Source of the DNA: an uncultured Thermoanaerobaculia bacterium
GTDB taxonomy: Bacteria; Acidobacteriota; Thermoanaerobaculia; Multivoradales; JAHEKO01
Reading direction: 5' to 3'
Assembly: GCA_964469055.1 (NCBI GenBank)
Contig: CAYXXN010000001.1
Location: forward strand, 1-52,161
Length of the DNA: 52,161 nucleotides
A program made the position numbers and the translations under genes. Each line of letters begins with the position of its first letter. The stretch's first letter is position 1. The notes under the pieces are model-generated. The model saw nothing but the letters and a program-made list of their open reading frames with translations. It did not search any database and had not been told where the DNA came from. Positions 47,201 to 52,161 of the stretch are shown here, piece by piece.

Positions 47201-48154
47201 TCAGCTGCCGAGGTGGACGCCGAGGTGGCGGAAGCGCTCGTAGCGCTGGCGCCGCAGCTCGTCGGGCGACTCGTCGGCCAGCTCCGCGAGCGCCACCTCG
47301 AGGGTCTCACCCACCCGCCGCGCCGCGTCCTCGTGGTCGGTGTGGGCGCCGCCCAGGGGCTCGACGATGACGCCATCGATGACCCCCAACTCGGCCAAGT
47401 CGGGCGCCGTGATGCGCATCGCCTCGGCCGCCGCCTCCTTCTTGTCTTGGTCCTTCCACAGGATGGCCGCGCAGCCTTCCGGGGAGATCACCGAGTAGAT
47501 GGCGTACTCGAGCATGTAGGTGCGATTGCCCACCCCCAACGCCAGGGCCCCGCCACTGCCGCCCTCCCCCGTCACGAGGACGACGATCGGCACGCCCAGG
47601 GCCGCCATCTCGATCAAGTTGCGCCCGATGGCCTCCGCCTGCCCCCGTTCCTCGGCGTCCAGCCCGGGGTAGGCGCCCGGCGTGTCGACGAAGGAGACGA
47701 CCGGCAGGGCGAAGCGCTCGGCGAGGCGCATGAGGCGCAGAGCCTTGCGGTAGCCCTCGGGGCGTGCCTGTCCGAAGTTGCGCACGATGCGCTGCTTGGT
47801 GCTGCGTCCTTTCTGGTGACCGACGACGACGATCGACCGTCCGCGAAAGCTCGCCAGCCCGCCGACGATCGCCGGATCGTCCGCGAAGGCGCGATCGCCG
47901 TGCAGCTCGACCCAATCGGTCATCAGCAGGCGGATGTAGTCGTTGGTGTAGGGCCGGTCCGAGTGCCGCGCGACGAGGGTCTTCTGCCAGCGCGAGAGGT
48001 TGCCGTAGACCTCGCGCGTGCGCTCCTCGAGCTCGGAGCGCAGTTTGGCGAGCTCGCGCCGGCGACCGCCCTCCTCGGGAAACGACTCGAGCTCCTCGAT
48101 GCGACGCCGCAACTCGACGAGCGCTTCCTCGAACGGGATCTCCGCGGGGCTCAT
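47201..48154 (-). CDS. accA: Acetyl-CoA carboxylase carboxyltransferase alpha subunit
   Basis: 317 aa. ..ARHSDRPYT.DYI......ELHGDR.F.DD.AIVGGLA.F.G..V.V.GHQKGR.TK....RNFG...PEGYRKALRLM..AE.F.LPV..FVDTPGAYPG..AEERGQ.EAI.... Confidence 0.95.
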   Translation of the reverse strand: MSPAEIPFEEALVELRRRIEELESFPEEGGRRRELAKLRSELEERTREVYGNLSRWQKTLVARHSDRPYTNDYIRLLMTDWVELHGDRAFADDPAIVGGLASFRGRSIVVVGHQKGRSTKQRIVRNFGQARPEGYRKALRLMRLAERFALPVVSFVDTPGAYPGLDAEERGQAEAIGRNLIEMAALGVPIVVLVTGEGGSGGALALGVGNRTYMLEYAIYSVISPEGCAAILWKDQDKKEAAAEAMRITAPDLAELGVIDGVIVEPLGGAHTDHEDAARRVGETLEVALAELADESPDELRRQRYERFRHLGVHLGS

Positions 48155-48187
48155 GAGGCGCGCGCCACCGTAGCAGAGCGCCGAAGG

Positions 48188-50623
48188 CTACAGCAACTCG
48201 TAGGGATCGATGTCGACGACGACGCCCGGCGGCAGGGGCTCGGGCAGCGCGCGCCGTAGCAGGGCGCGCAGCCGCGACCCGGAGGGCCCGCGCAGCAGGA
48301 GCTGGAAGCGCCACTCCCCGCGCAGGCGCTCGAGGGGCGCCGAGGCCGGACCGAAGACGCGGACCTCGCGCGCCAGCGGGTCGGCGGCGAGCGCCCGTCC
48401 GAGCTCGTGGCTGCGCTCCTCCGCCCGTTCGCGTCGCCGGTCGCGCACCAGGATCTGCGCCATGCGGCTGTACGGTGGGTAGTGGAAGACGCGTCGGAAA
48501 CGGGTCTCCTCGGCCGCGAAGAAGGCGTCGTCGTGACGCAAAGCCGCCTGGATGGCGTAGTGGTCGGGGTGGTAAGTCTGGATCACGACGCGGCCCGGGC
48601 GCTCGCCGCGACCCGCCCGTCCGGCGAGCTGCGTGAGGAGACTGTAGGTGCGCTCGACGGCCCGGAAATCGTGAAAGCCGAGGTAGGTGTCGGCCGAGAG
48701 CACGGCGGTCAGCGCGACGCGCGGGAAGTGATGGCCCTTGGCCACCATCTGCGTGCCGATCAGCACCTGGGTGTCCCCGCGCGCGAAGGCTTCGAGCACG
48801 GCCCTGGCACCGCCGCGCCGTCGCGCCGCGTCGCGATCGAGCACGCTCGCCGTGGCCTCGGGAAAGAGACGGGCGAAGTCCTCCTCCACCCGCTCCGTAC
48901 CGGCACCGATCGGCTCGAGCGCCGCCTCGCCGCAGCGCGGGCAGGCCGGTGGCACGGCGACTGCGCCACCGCAGATGTGGCATCGAAGGCGTCCCTCGCG
49001 GCGATGGAGAGTGCGCGGCAGACCACAGTCCGGGCAACGCTGATCCTCCCCGCACGCCCGACAGAGCAGCAGCGGGGCGTAGCCCCGGCGGTTGCGCAGC
49101 AGGATCGCTTGGTCGCCGGCGCTCAAGACCGCCGTGAGCTCCTCCGTCAAGCGTCTCGAGAAGTGGACCTCGCCTGGACGGCGCGAGAGTCCCTCTTCCC
49201 GAAGGTCGACCAGCACGCCCTCGGGCAACCTCCCCTGGCCGACCCGTTGGTGGAGCGTCAGTTGCACGAGCTTGCCGCGCACCACGTTCTCGCGCGTCTC
49301 GAGGCTCGGAGTCGCCGACACCAGCACGGCGACGGCGCCCTCGCGATGAGCTCGAGCCAAAGCCACGTCGCGGCCGTGGTAACGGGGCGCCGTCTCCTGC
49401 TTGTAGGAGGCGTCGTGCTCCTCGTCGACGACGATGAGGCCGAGGCTCGGCACGGGGGCGAAAACCGTCGAGCGGGGCCCCAGGACGACGCGGGCCTCGC
49501 CGCCGCGCACCCGCTCCCACTCCTGCTGGCGCTCGCTCGATCCCAGGGAGGAATGGAGGATCGCGAGGCTCCGGCCGAAGCGGTCGCCGAGCTCGCCGGC
49601 GAGCGCCGGCACCAGGGCGATCTCCGGCACCAGGACGATGGCCGAGCGGCCCTGCGCCAGACATTCCTCGACGGCGCGGATGTAGACCTCGGTCTTGCCG
49701 GAGCCGGTGAGGCCGGCGAGGAGGAAGCCCGTGTAGCGGCGCTCGCGGAGCGCCGCCCGCAGCCGCTCGGCGGCCTCCCGCTGGTCGGCGCGCAGCTCGA
49801 TCGCCGGGCGGGGTACCGTGGCCAAGGCCTGCCCGGCCATCGACAGTCGCTCGACCTGGGTGAACGAGCGCAGCACGCCGCGCTCGAGGAGCCGGCGCAC
49901 GACTCCCGCCCCGCAGCCGACCTCGCCGGTGACCTCGGCCAGGGTGGCCGGCCGGCCGGCCGCGGCCAGGTACTCGACGACCGCGCGGCCCTGGCGCGAG
50001 CGCCCGCAGGCGGCGAGCAAGTCGGCCGGGGGACTCGAGCCGAGCTCCACCGCCGTCACGTAGCGTACGCCGCGAGTCGGCGTAGCCCCGACGGCGAGCC
50101 GACCTCGTTCGCTCAGCCGCTCGACCCACGCCGGCAGGTCGTCGAGCTCCGTCGCCTCCTGCAGCTCGGCGAGCCGGATGCGCCCGCGCTCCCGCAGGAC
50201 CTCGACGATCCGCGCCTCCTCCTCGTCCACGGGCTGGGCCAGGCTGCCTCGATCGGTGAGCCAGACCCGCCGATCGCCCCACGGCGGCAGGTCGCTGGGC
50301 ATCACCGCGCGCAGCACCTCACCGATCGGCGCGAAGTAGTAGTCGGCGACGAAGGCGGCGAGCTCGAGGAGGGTCGGCGGCAGCACGGGCCAGGGGTCGA
50401 CGACCGCCTCGATGGGGCGCAGGACGACGCCCTCCGGGGGCGCCTCCCGGCGAGCGAGGATGACGCCCACCAGTCGTCGGCCACCGACGCGGACGCGGGC
50501 CCGGCAGCCGGGCGCGGCCGAACGGGCGAAGGCCGCGGGCACCTCGTAGGTCAGCGGCCCCGCCACGGGCAGCGGGACGGCGACGTCGACGTAAAGAGGC
50601 GAAGGCGGCTCGCGGCGGCTCAG
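48188..50623 (-). CDS. priA: Primosomal protein N' (replication restart helicase PriA)
   Basis: N-terminal ..LYVDVAVPLPVAGPLTYEVP.. aligns with the E. coli PriA N-terminus. Helicase motifs (LLAGLTGSGKTEVY, DEEHD), Cys-rich zinc fingers (CRACG..CPDCG...CHICG...CPRCG). The only suitably placed start is CTG 50623 inside a CTGA overlap with the carD stop; the next canonical start (GTG) would truncate the conserved N-terminus. Confidence 0.85.
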   Translation of the reverse strand: MSRREPPSPLYVDVAVPLPVAGPLTYEVPAAFARSAAPGCRARVRVGGRRLVGVILARREAPPEGVVLRPIEAVVDPWPVLPPTLLELAAFVADYYFAPIGEVLRAVMPSDLPPWGDRRVWLTDRGSLAQPVDEEEARIVEVLRERGRIRLAELQEATELDDLPAWVERLSERGRLAVGATPTRGVRYVTAVELGSSPPADLLAACGRSRQGRAVVEYLAAAGRPATLAEVTGEVGCGAGVVRRLLERGVLRSFTQVERLSMAGQALATVPRPAIELRADQREAAERLRAALRERRYTGFLLAGLTGSGKTEVYIRAVEECLAQGRSAIVLVPEIALVPALAGELGDRFGRSLAILHSSLGSSERQQEWERVRGGEARVVLGPRSTVFAPVPSLGLIVVDEEHDASYKQETAPRYHGRDVALARAHREGAVAVLVSATPSLETRENVVRGKLVQLTLHQRVGQGRLPEGVLVDLREEGLSRRPGEVHFSRRLTEELTAVLSAGDQAILLRNRRGYAPLLLCRACGEDQRCPDCGLPRTLHRREGRLRCHICGGAVAVPPACPRCGEAALEPIGAGTERVEEDFARLFPEATASVLDRDAARRRGGARAVLEAFARGDTQVLIGTQMVAKGHHFPRVALTAVLSADTYLGFHDFRAVERTYSLLTQLAGRAGRGERPGRVVIQTYHPDHYAIQAALRHDDAFFAAEETRFRRVFHYPPYSRMAQILVRDRRRERAEERSHELGRALAADPLAREVRVFGPASAPLERLRGEWRFQLLLRGPSGSRLRALLRRALPEPLPPGVVVDIDPYELL

Positions 50624-51192
50624 GCGACGGCCGCCGTGTCGTGCGACTTGCGGCGCTTGGCCAGGCCCGAGGCGAGGGCGCGCTCGACTTCCTTGGCTGC
50701 CAGCTCCTCGTTGATCCGCTTGACGTGCGCGACCTCGCTCACGATGAAGTACTTCGCCCGTTCGTACATCTTCTTCTCGCGGAACGAGAGGCTCTTCTTC
50801 GCGCTGACGAGCTGCAGGTTCTTCAAGACCCGCGCGACCTCCGTCAGCTCGCCGGTCTTCATCTTGTCGAGGTTCTGCTTGTAGCGGCCCTTCCAGTCCT
50901 TGTAGGTGTCGAAGGTCTCGTCGCGCAGCACCTTGAACAGCGACCTGATATCGGTCTGCTGGCACAGCGGCCGCAGCCCGACCAGGTCGAGGTTGTCCTG
51001 CGGGATCATCACCTTCGAGTTGTTCGACAGGAGGCGCAGGTAGTAGTAGGTCTGCTCGATGCCGGCGATCTCGCCGTTCTCGATCTTCTCGACCACGCTG
51101 ACGCCGTGATTGGGATAGACGACCTTTTGGCCGACTCGGAAAGACACGTGCTTGCCCCCGCGGAAGCTGTTGGCGATGGTTGTGTAAGTCAT
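50620..51192 (-). CDS. carD: CarD/CdnL family RNA-polymerase-binding transcription regulator
   Basis: 190 aa. ..FRVGQKVVYPNHGVSVVEKIE..EIAG.EQTYYYLRLL.NNSKVMIP..N...VGLRPL.. is the CarD_TRCF RID domain. Confidence 0.9.
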   Translation of the reverse strand: MTYTTIANSFRGGKHVSFRVGQKVVYPNHGVSVVEKIENGEIAGIEQTYYYLRLLSNNSKVMIPQDNLDLVGLRPLCQQTDIRSLFKVLRDETFDTYKDWKGRYKQNLDKMKTGELTEVARVLKNLQLVSAKKSLSFREKKMYERAKYFIVSEVAHVKRINEELAAKEVERALASGLAKRRKSHDTAAVA

Positions 51193-51218
51193 CCGGCGAC
51201 TTACACTTAGGAGTGCCT

Positions 51219-51247
51219 ATTGTAGCGGAAAGGGGACGATCGGTCAA
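51219..51247 (-). promoter_or_regulatory. Candidate strong sigma-70-type promoter for carD
   Basis: On the minus strand: TTGACC (51247-51242), 17-nt spacer, TACAAT (51224-51219). It lies 26 nt upstream of ATG 51192. Confidence 0.45.
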
Positions 51248-51418
51248 CTGGCCAGGCGCTGCCTCCAAGGGCCCGGACAGCGGTAAAATGCCCCGCCACG
51301 ACACAAAACGTCATCCTGGGTAGGGGCTCGAGGCGAGGCCAGGAACGACAAGCGGAGCCGTTGTCCCCTTCTCAGGACGCACCCGGCGACCCACAACGGC
51401 TAAGATCGCGACCCCGCA

Positions 51419-51507
51419 GCCGGAGTGGCGGAACTGGCAGACGCGACGGGCTCAAAATCCGTTGATCCGCAAGGATCGTGGGGGTTCGACTCCCCCCTCC
51501 GGCACCA
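51419..51507 (+). tRNA. tRNA-Leu (anticodon CAA)
   Basis: GCCGGAGTGGCGGAACTGGCAGACGCGACGGGCTCAAAATCCGTTGATCCGCAAGGATCGTGGGGGTTCGACTCCCCCCTCCGGCACCA. Acceptor GCCGGAG/CTCCGGC, anticodon loop CTCAAAA, long variable arm, T-loop GGTTCGACTCC and an encoded CCA. Confidence 0.93.
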
Positions 51508-51528
51508 GCCCGGCGCCGCCGTGCCTCC

Positions 51529-52161
51529 CTAGTTCACCACCTGATCCCAGGCCGAGGTGTTCCCGCTCTCGAAGCCGTCGCTGAAGATCAAGGCGAACGG
51601 GCTGCAGTAGGTCAGGGTGGCGCCCTCGAACTCGGCGAAGGGGTCGTCGATCGAAAGTGGGGCCAGGGCGCCGGTCTCGAGGTCGATGGTGCCGTACTGG
51701 TTGGCGCCGCCGCCTTGATAGGTCCAGGCGTAGAGGGTCCCAGTCCCGTTGTCGAAGTCCATGCCTTGGGCGAAGTTGGAGTCGACGTTCGTCGGGCCGA
51801 TCAGGGTGGCCGCGCCGGTGGTGGGATCGATGTCGTAGATGGCGTCCTCGATGACGTCGTGGCCGTAGAGCTCGCCGACGCAGTTCATGGCGATGGCGAC
51901 CAGCAGCGGCGCGACGGTCGTCGAGCCCACGAACGTCGCCTCGCCGGTGTCGGGGTCGAGCGTGTAGAGCGTGGAAGTCGTGTCCTCGTCGCTCGAGGTG
52001 GCGTAGATCGTCCCCAGCATCGGGTCGACGGCGAGGCCGGTCCAGAGGTGGCCGCCGAGGGGGTCGCTCGGGCCGATCGACGCAAAAGCCCCGGTCGCGG
52101 GGTCGGTCGTGCCGAGCTGTTGGGTGTCCTCGTTGAGCGCGTAGAGCACGGAGCCGTCGGG
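51529..52161 (-). CDS. Secreted repeat (beta-propeller-like) protein, C-terminal part (5' end lies right of the window)
   Basis: The frame stays open to the window edge. It shows repeated ..LY.ID..TG.AT.IG.. units and ends ..LIFSDGFESGNTSAWDQVVN. No family recognised with certainty. Confidence 0.5.
   Translation of the reverse strand, partial: PDGSVLYALNEDTQQLGTTDPATGAFASIGPSDPLGGHLWTGLAVDPMLGTIYATSSDEDTTSTLYTLDPDTGEATFVGSTTVAPLLVAIAMNCVGELYGHDVIEDAIYDIDPTTGAATLIGPTNVDSNFAQGMDFDNGTGTLYAWTYQGGGANQYGTIDLETGALAPLSIDDPFAEFEGATLTYCSPFALIFSDGFESGNTSAWDQVVN

Noticed and set aside
47307-50282. 991-aa minus-strand ORF overlapping accA and priA
   Set aside because: It is on the same strand but off-frame relative to two genes with unmistakable motifs. 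The product is an Arg/Gly/Pro-rich string without domains. This is a high-GC artefact.

Overview
This 52.2 kb window is very GC-rich (roughly 70% by eye) and almost fully coding. It looks like chromosomal core genome from a diderm, LPS-producing bacterium. Gene content (Tol-Pal, Lpt, HprK, Rex, CarD/CdnL, BFN nuclease) would fit an Acidobacteriota-like or related high-GC lineage, but I cannot assign taxonomy from sequence alone.

I can support about 55 protein genes and 3 tRNAs:
- **Plus strand, 1-9531:** miaA(partial)-hfq-lipoprotein-pgsA-AI-2E transporter-dnaE-NTase-hyp-rsmD.
- **9477-16616:** rex, tRNA-Leu(CAG), rnr, der, ihfA-merR, tRNA-Pro(GGG), ribH-nusB-lptE.
- **Minus strand, 16613-21673:** rpsT and a complete tolQ-tolR-tolA-tolB-pal-cpoB cluster.
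- **21784-27723:** etfBA, a TrmH-family methyltransferase and a DUF84-metK-ahcY methyl-cycle group.
- **Minus strand, about 23.5 kb co-directional (51192 down to 27727):** carD-priA-accA-recJ-lptC/A-lptB-rpoN-hpf-hprK-rapZ-EIIA(Man)-ptsH-ptsI-cupin-lipoprotein-miaB-BFN-parA-parB-lptF/G-membrane-Zn ribbon protein.
- **Right end:** tRNA-Leu(CAA) and a partial propeller-repeat gene.

Many neighbouring genes overlap by ATGA/GTGA, which suggests translational coupling. I found no CRISPR array, transposase, integrase, phage gene, toxin-antitoxin pair or recognisable defence island, and I do not see a convincing wholly novel system.

The observations most worth follow-up are:
1. The LPS-transport machinery appears consolidated by two fusions: a 711-aa LptC-OstA-repeat-LptA protein and a 789-aa LptF-LptG protein.
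2. An AT-rich perfect 16+3+16 palindrome lies just downstream of parB in a genome stretch with no canonical parS.
3. A permease-less regulatory PTS (HprK, RapZ, EIIA-Man, HPr, EI) is embedded in the rpoN locus.
4. Two gene junctions (carD/priA, pal/cpoB) have only a CTG inside a CTGA stop-start overlap as a sensibly placed start codon.
5. An uncharacterised Zn-ribbon/TM-hairpin protein and an 8-TM protein lie downstream of lptFG.

All functional calls rest on my recognition of motifs and synteny. No database search was run.
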